Shown here: positions 24,776 to 39,118 of the stretch, in pieces
How the letters are laid out: each line of letters opens with the position of its first letter
How positions within the stretch are numbered: position 1 is the stretch's first letter
NCBI RefSeq assembly: GCF_006345805.1
Contig: NC_042999.1
Location: 121,396,001 to 121,460,000 of the forward strand
Direction of reading: 5' to 3'
DNA length: 64,000 nucleotides
Source: Octopus sinensis
Lineage: Eukaryota
Translations under genes and position numbers: made by a program
The notes under the pieces: generated by a model
Told to the model about the DNA's origin: nothing
Database searches by the model: none
What the model saw: the letters and a program-made list of their open reading frames with translations, nothing else

Positions 24776-26346
24776 AAAGATAAATACACACAGTGACTTC
24801 ATTTTAGTGATAAGTTGGCAAAAGCTCAAAGCTAAAGTGATCCGCTATATATGTGTAAAGTCACATTTCAATCTGTATATCAAGACATATGACAGAACTG
24901 AATGACTTCCACACAACACTGTCTGCCACTCTCTCAAACCTCACAGCTTCAACCATGATGTTATCAACTACAACTGAGACATAAAATTCTACTGCTGAGT
25001 TGAAAAAAGCATCAGAAATCCAAGCAAAATTAAAAAGAAGTGCATGAAAAATCTCAGTATATAATTTGGTAAAGCATTTTAACCCTATGAGTAGATTGCA
25101 GAAGGGACAACACAGTATTTGTGGTATCCATATATAAGCAAACAGAATAATACTCTGTAGAGACCTCCACATAATGTCGTCTGTTTCAACATATTTCAAT
25201 ACACAACTGTCTTGTTGATTTCTGAAACAACCCTAAGTTTAGATATCTTTTGAATATGTCTGACAGTCTATTTAACAAATTCATATATTATGCAAAACAT
25301 GACACTGCAACTCAAGCTGAAAAGGTATTTCAGTGTCAAAAATGCCATTAACAGATCTGCTACTACAACTGATTGTCTTAAAGCAGAATCTCTCCAAAAA
25401 TTTGGAAGAGTATAAACAATGAATAGATATGCCATTTGGCAAAGAATAACCACAAAACAACCTCTAGAGAAACAGAATGCTATAGCAGATATCATAGAAT
25501 ATTACATCAGATACAATAGACATTACATTAAAAAAACATTAAGACAAAAATAACTCAAATAATAGGAGATAAGTCCTATGTTTCACTGATAAATTCTATT
25601 ATAGAACCTATCACTGGTCAGAGAGAAATGATCTAAGCTTATCCAACATAAAAGAATCCACTTCACGAGAACATGAAATTCTTCATCAAACCAAGTGATA
25701 AACATTTGCACTTGCATCTGCATCCCAAGACGAACAATTAAGATTAGGCAACTTCATGATGAGTCACAAATATTCAAGACTGTATTCTGATAGAGATGAT
25801 AATACAAGAATCACAGTCCATATTAAGGCAAAATGGAAAAGGATGCTAATATCGATATTTCAAGTTCAATAATTTATATTCATTTAAGTAAACTGGAGGC
25901 AATCAAAGCTGTGAATTTGTTATCTAGGTTGTCTATAAATATTTAAAAGAGCATCAGTGATATCCTCAACTCACTGCTGCTTGGGATAGTGAAAATATTT
26001 TGAATAATAATCTAATCATGAGTTTATAGGAATATTTCCAAGCAAAACACATCATTATCCATAAATAGACACAACTGGCAGAAGAAAAGAAGTACAACAA
26101 TAAAAATACTGGCTTTAATATGCATATTTAACCAATCATGTCAGCCTGTATTGAATTTGAAATAGTAAATGTTGAAGCATTTTAAAATATCAGAATATAA
26201 CAATAATTTATGACTCAAAAATATATAAAAGGTACATATTTATTTTCTTATTTAAAAAAAATTTTTAAGATTAAATAAAACTTTGAATTAGGTGTACAAA
26301 TATTCTTTTTGTTGCAACACATATAAGACTGAATTTATATATGTGT

Positions 26347-26387
<41 letters not shown>

Positions 26388-27254
26388 GTACAAACAGCAA
26401 TCCATTCTTAGATTAACTAGAATTGCCAAAAGCCAAATGATACAGTTTAATATATCAGTATTTCTTGTGATACAAAAACAAAATTAGGTGAATATTAGTT
26501 GTCTCAAGAGGGTAGGTTTATAATTGAAAAACCTAAAAGAAAATTTGCAAATCACAATAGATATTTATTATCTGTAAATTATATTTATGCTACTGAATTT
26601 AAAAGAAATGTTATTGCACTATATCTTATAACCAGAACTTGTAAAAACTATCAGTATGAAAACTTAATTGTAAAAAATTATCAGCAAGAAAACTTTATCT
26701 CTCCCTGTAAGTCTACAATATAATCCTCAAGAAAAAATATCAAATATCGATAGCTAAATATATTCACAGTAGAAATCTTATGTGCATATAATAATTGTTA
26801 TGAATTATAACATTTCTTGTACACACAATATAAATGTAATATAATAATTGGTAATGCTGCAAAACTACCTGCACAAATCATTCAATGAAAAGGCTTAAGA
26901 TTCTTTAAATCTGTAATTGTTAGTATCAGAACCATAAAATATCTCAACTATTGTTTCAGTGTAAACATTCAAGTTAAGCTTGATATGTAGTCAGTGAAAT
27001 CAATTTAACAATTATTACAAATTTCTGCTTAAAAGATGGGGAATTTATAGTCACATTGAGTTTCGGAAAATGATAGGGACAAAAGCTATTGATCAAAAGA
27101 GTCTGAAAAGTCATGTTAATCTATTAGGTAAGTACACCAGTTCTACATTATAAATTTGCTATGTCATGGTAAAAAAAAAAACATTTTGGAATTGATACAG
27201 AGGATTGATAATTATATTTTGTGTTTTAGCAATGTTTTGTCATTTTCTTGCAGA

Positions 27255-27840
27255 CATGACAAAATGCAAGTGATTTGAAAGAAAAACTGGGTATACAAGG
27301 TATCAGATGTAGTGTGCAAGAGAGAAATCTGCAATGGTACAGTAATGTAATATGTATGAATGATGACAGTTATATGAAGAGATGCCAATTTCTAATTATG
27401 GAGGGAACTTGTGGAAGGGACAGATCCAGGAAAATGTGGGATAAAGTGATGAGAAAAGATCTTCAGATATTGAGCCTCACAGAGGGGATGACAGAGGGCT
27501 GAGACTACTGGCAGTTTGCCGTACTTGAGAAGACACATCAAGCTAAGTAAAATCAAGGTTGTCCTTGCATACAGGCATATTCCCTGCATCCCTCTTCAGC
27601 TGAGCATTCCCAGTCTTGTAGGCTCAGGAGAGTTGGTGCCACATAAAAAGCACCCATACCAGTGCTATGTAAATACACTCTGTAAAGTGGTTGGTGTTAG
27701 GAAGGGCGTCCAGCCATAGAAACCATCCCAAAATAGACATGGAGCTTAGGCAGCTCTTCAGCCAGCCAGCTCCTGTCAAACCATCCAAACCATGCCACTA
27801 TGGAAAACAGACATTAAATGAGGACAATAATGATGAGGAT
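27255..27840 (+). mobile_element. RTE 3' fragment, decayed
   Basis: EKLGIQGIRCSVQERNLQWY...GTCGRDRSRKMWDKVMRKDL, followed by the shared tail. Confidence 0.85.
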
Positions 27841-30800
27841 GAAATAAAATAGACATTTTTGTTTTGTTTTGCGGCAGATTTATTTAAACATGCTATTTTG
27901 GAATGAATTTAGTCATAAGTATGTGGTTGACTATGATCCCTCACAAGAAATATTTCATGAACATGAAAAATATATGAATGTTTAAATCTATTTGTTTTGT
28001 TTCTCTCCAGTTTATAATGAAAATATGGGCAAACACTGCCTAATTTTAGATCAGCATTTAGTGTTACCAATATAAATTACTGGCCATGCTAACAGTATAG
28101 CTTCAAATCCCTGTTCCCTACCAAAAAAAAAAGACATTCTGACATAACCATTTATCAATAAATGGAAGAGTGTAGTGTTTGATGAGATGCAATAGAAAGC
28201 TTTATAATTAGTCTTTACATTAGGTTTACAGTTGTTAGTCAATTAAAATATAATTGTCATTATCCAGTTTAAAGACTGCAATCTTGTCCCAGAATCATTT
28301 GACAGAAAACAAAACGAAATTCTTGTAATGCAAAATTCAAGTTGAAAATAATCATTTTAATCAAAACCCAGATTGCCCATCTGAATGGGCTTTTGGCATT
28401 GCAGATAAAATTATGAGGGACTGGGGATAGAAAGACAAATTCAGAAATACCATATCAGATGCCATGTAAAAACTGAGAACTGAACAGGCTCTATATGGTA
28501 AAATGAAAACAAGTGAAAGAATGCATTTTAGAACTTTGTTCCATTAGCTATACTTTTACACATGCAACTATTTTCTGCCATGCTCTATAGATGTTTAAAG
28601 AACTGGAAACATCAAGTATCAAGTGACTAGTGCACTTACTTTATGAACAGGTAAGATTTGTGCCTCAGGCAGTGGACTCAAATTGTACAGAAACTCGTTG
28701 TCAATAGAAATAACAATTCAATAATGAATTCCTTCAAACTATCTGAAACGATTTGGATTATGAAGCAACAGAGTTGCATTAAATATTCACTTGATTCGTT
28801 AAACCCTTAAATATGGAATTCATGTTAAAATGTATAAATTATTCAGTCCATTCAATTTTGTTATAGTAGCCTGTACTGTCTATTAACTTATACCAATCTC
28901 TCTTAACAGCAAAACTCAAAATCTTTCTCATAATGAAGAAAAGCACACTATTTTACAGTATGTGTCTCATTAGAAATATGAACCTATGATACATCTTGGT
29001 ATAAATTCTAATAAATTTTATATATTTTTTTATATTCTATTGTTTATTTTCTTTAAGATGCTTTGATTACTTTGCTTTGGATGCTTTCTTTTTTTTTTCA
29101 TTACTTTCTTACTCTATTAATTTAAAACTTCCTTAATTTCCTTTCTTCACAGCATCATCATTGCTTTGCATCTGTTAAGAATAATGCTGCAGTGCAAATC
29201 ATCAACAAGTTTCTTACTTGTATTATTTAGCCAAACATGTGACAAGAGTTAACTTGTTCATGGAAGATCTTGCAGCCTTCACTGATTTAATTTCCTGAAT
29301 TGTCTTCATTGCTGTTCTGGCATACTAGTGTTGGTTTCAATAGATGCAGGAACACATTTTAAATTTCTTTAGCACAGTGAATGGTGACATTATTATGCCT
29401 CCATCTTATAATTATCTACAGCAGTAGAGATGATTTTCTAAATAGTTATCTCAACTATTTTACATGTATTTTTCTACACTACCTAAGATATGATGAATCA
29501 ACAATATATACACTTGCATACTTTTGGAATAGCTGGTTTTACAACACACTTGTGCAAATGGGAAATGATACAGTAGCTGCAGAAGTTTAAATTGATGACC
29601 ATACAATCCATAATCTAAGACCTCAACTTCACAACCAGAGTATTTGATTATTTTTAGGAACTTTTTTCCTCCCATGTCATTGATAAATCCTTAGCCCCAA
29701 CACTAAAATTAAATGTTTTCTTTAAGTGGCAAGTCTATAAAATTTTTTAAATGTGAATCTGAATCAGAGTCATGTAAAGAAACACTAGTCTCTTTTAATA
29801 AAATAAAACTATCGTCTTTTATACCTGCTAAGAATGTTATTTCTTATTCCCTAAAAATTAAAACAAAAAAAAAACAGCTCTAAAAATATAACTAAAATTT
29901 CAAGATGACTAAAGTAAATATTTTTAAATACTATAATTTAGCTTTCCTGCTTCATAAAGATTTTCATATTTTCCAGAGTTATCTAAATTCAAGGGCATTT
30001 AGAAATGCAAAATACTAGTTGTGGTTGGGACATGTATCTAGTTTAACTTTTGTACAAATATAGGTTTGGTAATCCATTCAATAAAAAAGAAATTGTTGAG
30101 CATAGTTCAAAACAACTGAAAATTTATAAGATCACCCATATTTGTTACAGATACAGTCCATTTAATTCACTGTTTTTGCTGATGCAAATCATAACTGTCT
30201 GTTTTGCCTTCTCTTTTTATCCCCCCAGTACCATTTTGGTCTGAAGATAACTTTGTTGCACTGTAACTTTATTTTGTATTTGAATCATATGAGTCAGTGG
30301 GTGATTTTAAAAGTATGTGGTCATAACACTAAGTGTTTAAAACTTTTCAACTCATTGAATATTTTACAGCAAGTTAAAACAGAACTTAGCCACGAGATGC
30401 AGAAATTTTCTTATCTTTGTTGTAATTCCTGGAGAGCATTATTTTTAGTACATTTAGGTTTTGCTGTTTCAATGATCTTTGAGTGTGGTGTTGTCAGTAT
30501 GAAAACATGTGCAGATATTGTTTTTATATTTGTAGGTATGTGGAACAATATACTGCAAAACAAGTTATTTTAAAATTTATCAGCATTTTTGTTTATGAAT
30601 AGAGGAAGCTGAAAAAGTGATCAAGTTGTAAGCACTCCAAATTTCCAATAATTTAAGGTGGGTAATTTAAACAAAATACATATTTTGTGTTTTCAAAATA
30701 GAGCAGCATTATGCATTTATATAATTTGGGTAACTGACTTAGCTCATTCAATATTGCTGAACATAAATCTAAATCTCTAAACTAAAAAATTGAACATCAG

Positions 30801-31571
30801 AAAGAATGAAATTTTGAGTTTCTTAAAGGTAAGTACTTTATACCAAAAATATGCAATGATTCATATCAAATACTCACACCATTCAGAAAATATGCCAAGT
30901 AAAATAAAGTTCAAAGCAAAGAATAAATAATAGTAACAAAAGAAGCAATAGCTTCAAAGGTACCAAACATAATGCTGTCTGAGAATTACATCAAAGATAA
31001 GATAATTTAATAAAGATCAGAAAGGAAGTCACTGCAGAATCATTTATCAAATATCTTACTTTACAATTCAACAATACAAAAGGAAGACAATGAAAACCAC
31101 CCATGCTAGCATGTAGCAGTAATGAGCAGTTATGATCAATCCAACAGAATGAGAATCTAGTAGTAATAATTAAAGCAATTCAATACAGGAATAAATCATT
31201 TCTAAAAAGTGGGGTCAAAATGTGTTTATAACCTTTAATACTTTATACAATAAGCTATTCATATAGAATTTAAAATACTGGCTTTTCTTCCAAGTCTGTA
31301 TTAATGATTTAAAAGATATTTCAAAATATACAAACTCTCTGGAGAAAAACTGAGTTTTGATATTTATTTTAAAATATTTTCTATTTGTTCAAGCAAATAA
31401 ATTTATTCTATATTTTACTTAGATAGTGTAAAACTTAGCCTACACTTATGGCTCTAGAAATAAGAAATGCAAAATTGGAACAAAGTATAGGATTAAGAAG
31501 AAGAATAAGATAAGAGAATAAAAAAAAAATTCAAAGAAGCCTATCAAACAAATCAATTCTTTAAAAATGTA

Positions 31572-31920
31572 AGTGTGGATGGGTGGTTGACAAGCTTACC
31601 TCCCATGGTTTTAGTCTCACTATGAACCTCAGGAAAATGTCCTCATCTACAGCCCCAGAGAAAATAAAGCCTTGTGAATGAATTTGGTTGACAAAAACTA
31701 GAACCCCACTCTATGTGTATGTGTGTTTAAGTATATGTATATATCTTTGTATTTCTGCTTTGTTTGTCCCCTACTACCACTTCACAGTTGCTGTTAGTGT
31801 ATTAACATCCCTGTAACCTAGCAGTTCAGAGAAAGAAACTAAGAGAATAAGCACCAAGCTTTAATAGATAAGTACTGACTTTATTCAACTAAACTCTTCG
31901 AAGCAGTAATCCAGTGATGG
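31572..31920 (+). mobile_element. Degenerate tRNA/CORE-like SINE
   Basis: gggtggttgacaagcttacctcccatggtt...aaagccttgtgaatgaatttggttgac...tttgtcccc...acatccctgtaacctagcagttc...aagtactg. Confidence 0.45.
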
Positions 31921-32420
31921 GAGAAACAAGGAAAAGTACATATCTTGACTACATGCACAGCAAACGTTCAGAGTTTCGGTTTTACCAAAAGGTAAATTTA
32001 GTTCAACAAAATGAACTAATACAAGCACATTAAATGATATTGCAGATATATTAAAATGAATTTGAATGATTAAATGACTATTGTATGACATTACAATAAT
32101 TAATACTAGTTTTTCTCTAATTTACAAAATCTGAAATTACTGAAGCCCAAGAATCTACTCTAAGTATAATCTTGTAGAAGATAATATGTACATATATGCA
32201 TGTATGTGTATAAATAAATATATATATATATATATACAATTGGAAAATAGGATAAAATCTTTATAAGAATTTATAAAGTAATTAGCATGAAAAACCTCAT
32301 AAGGGAAAAATCCATCAATTTTTCCTCTTAAATATATTTATTTATATTAAGGGCAATTATGTATAGTAATGCCCTTAATATATATATATACATACATATA
32401 TACATATATGTATGTATATA

Positions 32421-34341
32421 TGGGCTGAATTCAAAAATCTGGATTTGACTGCAGCTTTTGAGGTGTACAAAACTCAACGAGACCGAGCCGTGAAAATTGA
32501 AAAGGAAGAACGCTTCAGTTATGAATACAAAATCGCGGCAAATGCCAGTAGCAATCCAAGAACCTTCTTTGCCCATGTCCAACGGAATTCCCGCTTGAAC
32601 AACCAGATTGCAACGTTGGTAGACTCAACAGGCGTATCGATTGAGGACCCTTATCAACAGAGTCAATTATTTGCCGAGGCTTTTTCAACTATTTTCAAAC
32701 AAGATGATGGTCGTGAACCCCCTCCATTTGATAGATCGGTACCTCCAATGCTTCGATTGGTCATCACGCGGGACGAAGTCAAACGTGTTATTCAAGGCCT
32801 CGATGTCAACAAGGGTCACGGCCCTGACGGCATACACCCACGGGTTATCAAAGCGTTGGCTCTGGTCATCTGCGAGCCCTTAACACGTCTATTCAATATG
32901 TCATTGGCGACGGGTGTTATACCTGCGGACTGGAGAACAGCGATAATCTGCCCAATTTTCAAGAAAGGGAGCCGCGAAGACCCGCTTATCTACCGACCGG
33001 TTTCCCTAACATCAATAATCAGCAAGATGTTCGAAACCATCCTTAAGAAAAGTATGATGCTCCACCTCCAAAACACAGCCTCTATCTCTGATTCCCAACA
33101 CGGCTTCGTGCCGAAGAGATCATGCTTGACCAACTTACTGGTAATGGAAGAATTGGTGATGTGCATCCTCGATGATAGTGATGCTGTTGACATCGTTTTA
33201 TTGGACTTTGCCAAAGCTTTTGACTCGGTAAACCACCGCCTATTACTTGTCAAGCTTCAAGCATATAGTTTCCATCCGGATATTGTACGATGGGTTGGTG
33301 CCTTCCTCTCAGATCGCTCCTTCCAAGTCCAAGTTAATGGTTCGCGGTCCGACGTCTCCAATGCGAGCAGTGGCGTGTCTCAAGGTTCAGTGCTTGGGCC
33401 CTTATTGTTCTTAGTCTTCATAAATGACTTGCCCGACGACCTCACGCAACACACCCTTCTATTTGCCGACGATATCAAACTGGTCACTCCTCGCGGTGAT
33501 ATAGAGGATCTTCGTCGATGCCTCCACCAAATTTGGAAGTGGTCTAACGAATGGGACCTGTGTCTGAACGTGTCAAAGTGCTGTCATCTGCCTGTTGGCT
33601 CTCCTCTTGCAACTCAACTTGATTTCGAGCCGGGTTGTCTGCTGCGGAGAGGACCGATCAGGTAAAGGACCTGGGTATGTTGGTGGATTCCTCCTTTTCG
33701 CCTTCGGCCCAGTGCGTCCATTCTGCCAACAAAGCACGCGGAATTCTGTTCTTGATTCGACGGTCATTCGGAATGCTCACAGCAGCCATATTCCTACCTC
33801 TCAATGTCACGCTGGTGAGACCCATATTGGAGTACGGGATCCAAGCCTCTTCTCCTTATCTCCTCAAAGACATACAGCATCTCGAAAGAATCCAGAAGCT
33901 GGCTACCCGCATGGTTCATGGTCTCAAAAATTTGTCCTATGAAGAAAGGCTGAGGACGCTCGACCTTTATTCTCTTGAAAAACGCCGCCGCCGTGGTGAT
34001 CTCATTCTCACCCACAACATCATAAGCGGAAAGTGTAACCTCTCGAAAGAGATGTTCTTCACTTCTGCTCCAGAGCGTCGGCTGCGGGGTCATTCCGAAA
34101 AGCTCTACCTGCGACGATTTCATCTCAGCCGAAGGATAGGAGCTTTCTCCGTCCGGGTTACGGATCCGTGGAACAAGCTGCCAGACGAGATGGTGAAGAT
34201 GCTGACGACCGCTTTATTCAAAGCCTCCCTTGACCTCAAGTGGCCTGAACTCTTTACATGAACACCACCCTGTACTTAACTCCATGTCCCCCTACATGGC
34301 CTTGCTATTTGCTTTTGAGCCAAATTAACTAACTAACTAAC
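32421..34341 (+). mobile_element. CR1-clade LINE family A, 5'-truncated, one frameshift, (AACT)n tail
   Basis: ORFs 32412-33665 and 33635-34261 carry GPDGIHP, YRPVSLTS, LDFAKAFDSVNH, GVSQGSVLGPLLF and LFADDIKL. The short 3' UTR ends aattaactaactaactaac and both flanks are (AT)n. Confidence 0.95.
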
Positions 34342-34374
34342 GTATATATATATACATATATATGTATACATATA

Positions 34375-34405
<31 letters not shown>

Positions 34406-34602
34406 GTATACATATATGTGTATATATATATATACATATATATATATACATAATGTGTATATATATATATATACATATATATATATACATATATGTGTAT
34501 ATATATATATATACATATATATGTATACATATATGTGTATATATATATATACATATATATATACATAATGTGTATATATATATATACATATATATATACA
34601 TA

Positions 34603-34633
<31 letters not shown>

Positions 34634-35407
34634 CATAATGTGTATATATATATACATATATACATACATAATGTGTATATATATATACATATATATATCT
34701 ACATATATGTATACATATCTATTTTATATATATATACATATATATATACATATATATATCTACATATATGTATACATATCTATTTTATATATATACATAT
34801 ATATACATATATATATCTACATATATGTATACATATATATACATATATATATACATATATGTATACATATATATATACAAATATATATCTACATATATGT
34901 ATACATATATATATACAAATATATATCTACATATATATATCTACATATATGTATACATATATATATCTACATATATGTATACATATATATATCTACATAT
35001 ATGTATACATATATGTATACATATATATATCTACATATATGTATACATATATATCTACATATATATATCTACATATATGTATACATATATATACATATAT
35101 ATATATCTACATATATGTATACATATATATATCTACATATATGTATACATATATATATACATATATATATCTACATATATGTATACATATATATATATAT
35201 ATACATATATATATATCTACATATATGTATACATATATATATACATATATATATATCTACATATATGTATACATATATATATACATATATATATATCTAC
35301 ATATATGTATACATATATATATACATATATATATCTACATATATGTATACATATATATATCTACATATATGTATACATATATATATACATATATATATCT
35401 ACATATA

Positions 35408-35439
<32 letters not shown>

Positions 35440-35733
35440 CATATATATATGCATATATATATCTACATATATGTATACATATATATATACATATATATAT
35501 ATACATATATATACATATGTGTATATATATATATACATATATATATCTACATATATGTATACATATATCTACATATATATATACATATATATATACATAT
35601 ATATACATATGTGTCTATATATATATACATATATATATCTACATATATGAGGGACGTGTCCTGAACTTTGGCATCGAGAGTTATATATATACATATATGT
35701 GTATATATATATACATATATATATATACATATA

Positions 35734-35766
<33 letters not shown>

Positions 35767-36032
35767 CTACATATATGTATACATATATATATCTACATAT
35801 ATGTATACGTATATATATACATATATGTATACATATATATATATACATATATGTATACATATATATATATACATATATGTATACATATATATATATACAT
35901 ATATGTGTATATATATATATATACATATATGTGTAATATATATATATACATATATATATATACATATATATACATATATATATCTACATATATGTATACA
36001 TATATATATATACATATATGTATACATATATA
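34342..36032. repeat. AT-rich minisatellite (units like atatatctacatatatgtatacat)
   Basis: Directly visible; the source of the spurious YI-rich ORFs. Confidence 0.95.
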
Positions 36033-39000
36033 TGATTGATTGATTGATTGATTCTAGTTTCAGCTTATGAGCTGTGGCCATGCTGGGGCACTGCCATTTG
36101 GTGTTGCTACTTGGTTTCACTTCACGAAAGCTTTCTAGCAACTGCCATTTGGTGCATGAGAGAGTTCGATGCAGCTGCCCTCATCTGCCCCTCCTGCCGT
36201 GAAGTTGGTTCATCTGGGACACCTGACAGGAAGAGATCCAGCTTCATTTTAAAGATATCTGCATCCACCCCATGTAGGTCTCTCAGGTTCTTCGGGAGGA
36301 TATTGAAGAGCTGTGGGCCTCGGAAGCCCAGGCTATCACAGAATCTTGTCCTACATCTTGATGGCAAGTTTGGAGTCCTAGGCACCACGCAGTGGCGCCC
36401 AGTTCTGGCATTTGTGTAACTCTCGATGCCTAAGTTCAGGACACGTCCCTCCAGGATCTTCCAGATGTATATTATGGCATATCTTTCCCGCCTACGCTCC
36501 AGGGAATATAGTTTTAATCTCTTGAGTCTTTCCCAGTAGCTTACATTCTGCATAGAGGCTATCTTCTTCGTGTAGCTACGTTGGATCGCCTCGAGCTCTG
36601 TGATCAACTTGACACTGGATGGTGACCATAACTGAGAGCAGTAGTCAAAGTGGCTTAGGACAAGTGTCCTCCAGAGAACCATCATGGTTTCTTGTTCTCT
36701 TGTTCTAAAGGTTCTGAGGATCCATCTGGCCAGTCGTCTACATTTCATTGCCAATTTAGCAACATGTACACGAAAGGTCGCGTCATCACTCATGTAAATA
36801 CCTAGGTCACGCACTGATTGTGCCTCTGGGATTGCTATTCCTCCGGGTCCAGTGTATTCATTGGGTATTGCATTTAGTTTTGCATGCTGATAGTATAGAG
36901 CTTGAAACTTTTCAGCATTGAACTGCATGCTATTCTTTTCGGCCCACTTGTATATTTTGTCCAGCTCACATTGCAGGTGTTTAATGTCATCAGGGTTCTG
37001 TATTGCCTGTGAAACTTTTGTATCATCTGCATAACTCGTGATCGTGGCTCTCTGCGTGGCTGAGGGCATGTCTGAGAGGGCCATTATGAACAGTAGTGGT
37101 CCCAGAACAGTGCCCTGCGGAACACCGCTCACTATTTGCGTGTTAATGGAAGTGGCCCCATTGGCTACTACCACCTGACTTCTATCTTTCAGAAAGTCAT
37201 GAAGCCATTCTCCCAGTTTTCCAACTATGCCAAGATCACGCAGTTTGTGACATATCATTCCATGATCGACTTTATCAAAGGCCTTTGCAAAGTCGAGATA
37301 TATCACTTCCACATTTGAGTGGTTAAGCAGCCGTTTCAGCACCCAGTCATAGTGTTGTAGGAGCTGAGTTAAACAGCTTCTCCCTGGTCGGAAACCATGT
37401 TGGGTGTCGGGCAGCAAGTCATTCTCTTCAAGGAAGGCGATCAGCTTCCTTCTGACTATTCGTTCCATGACATTGCTGATGTGTGAGGTCAGAGAGATAG
37501 GTCTATAGTTCTTGGCTTCCGCTCTGCTACCTCCTTTATGAATGGGGCATATTTTACCTTCCTTCAGTTTTCTTGGGAGTTTGCCAGCTGCAAGGAAGCT
37601 CTGAAAGAGGAACTGCAGTGGTCTTGCTAGGACTCTCTTACATGCTTTTAGGAGGATTGCCGGGAATCCATTGGGGCCAGTAGCTGAGTCTGTTTTCATT
37701 TCATCTATAGCCTTGATTACATCGTCTTCCTTTATATCGATGTAATCTATCGTCGCCGCCTCTGATTTTATATCTGCAGTGTTAAAAAAGTCAGTTGGAT
37801 TGGTGATTTGGAGATGCCCAAGGGGTGGAGTGAAAACACTCTTGAATTGCTCATTCAGTATTTCACTTACCCTCATTGGTTTTCCTGTAAGTGTGCCATC
37901 CTATTCGAGGAGTGGCCCAGTGCACCGTAGCTGTTTCTTTGGCATACCTGTAGAAAGCTCTGGGGTTAGATTTTATGTTGTCTATAGCCCAGGCTTCTTT
38001 GTCTGCTCTTTCTTTTTCATGGGAGAGTTGCAGACATTTTTCGATTTCCAACAGTTTTATTTTTAGGCGGGACTTTTCACTGCTTTCAATCTGTTTGTTT
38101 AGGCGATTTGAAAATTTTGTATGCCGTCTCATTAAAATTTTCCTCTCTCTGGGGATTTTGTTCTTGTGTACAGTTGCCTTTCTCTCTGGGACACATTTGT
38201 AGCATATGGCTTGCATTACAGACATGAATTGTCGAAGTTTCACGTCGATGTCTGGCGAGGAGAGACATTTAGGCCAGTTTTGTTTGAGGATCTCTTTCTC
38301 AATTTGTTTCCAGTTTGCCTTATGGTAGTTCAGGCTGGAAAGATTCTGAGGGTTTCTTGTAGGCTGCATGTCCGTGCTCTCTTTTGGCCCGTACATGGTC
38401 AGCTCTATCATGTTGTGATCCGAGAGTAGTGTCGGTGTCACTTTCACATTATGGATGAGATCCATGTCATTTGTGAAGCAGAGATCCAGTGTGTTACCTG
38501 CCCTGGTTGGTTGGAGTATTACCTGCTCCATGTACAGGGTGTTGATGAGGTTCAGGAGGGACCTTGCCTGTCCTCGTTCACATCTTGTCATTCCTGGGAG
38601 AGAAAGGCCCTCGGGCCATCTGACATTGGGCAGATTGAAGTCTCCCATAAGAAGTACACTTATGTGTTGTTCTAATGTGGTTAGAACTTCTATTTTTATA
38701 AGGCAGTCTTCAAACTTGCCCACATGGCTTGGGGCATCTGGAGGGCGATATGTAGCACGCACAACTACATCAAGTTGCCTAATATGTACAATTAGTGTGT
38801 CACACACCGAGTTTCAGTATGACAAGAGGACCTGGGGTGTGAGGTCCTCACGGATGTACATAGCAACACCTCCATGACTCCTTTCTTTTCTGTCGGTCCG
38901 TAGTACAGCATACTGTGGTATGTGTAACTCCGCATCTGCTATGTCTGGTTTCAGGTGCGTTTCCCTAAGTGCTATGCATAAGGCTTGATTGCACGCAACA

Positions 39001-39118
39001 AAGTCTCTCAGGAACGGGATTTTTGTCCTGTTACTGAGTGTTTGCAGTCCTCTGATGTTCAGTAGGAGCATCCAGGTGAGGTGTAAGTTGTTGCCGAGGT
39101 GAGGTGTACGTTGTTGCC
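36033..39118 (-). mobile_element. CR1-clade LINE family B, near-complete ORF2 (APE plus RT), (AATC)n tail
   Basis: APE motifs [34 protein letters not shown] and SDH; RT motifs YLDFAKAFDKVDH, GVPQGTVLGP and YADDTK. The only lesions seen are one in-frame TGA (38814-38816) and an approximately 8-bp deletion near 37920. Confidence 0.96.

Noticed and set aside
24861-25495. Hydrophobic minus-strand ORFs (112 aa and 75 aa) resembling a membrane protein
   Set aside because: They are out of frame with each other and have no convincing splice sites; the hydrophobicity is expected from T-rich antisense of an A-rich decayed frame.
30253-30573. 106-aa + strand ORF and other 60-100-aa ORFs in unique AT-rich DNA (26.5, 28, 29.4, 55.9, 57.9 kb)
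   Set aside because: They often start at non-ATG codons and lack motifs or splice support; lengths are within chance expectation.
38814-38816. Single in-frame TGA in CR1 ORF2 as possible selenocysteine or readthrough
   Set aside because: The same copy also has a frameshifting deletion and I see no SECIS evidence; a simple nonsense mutation is more parsimonious.
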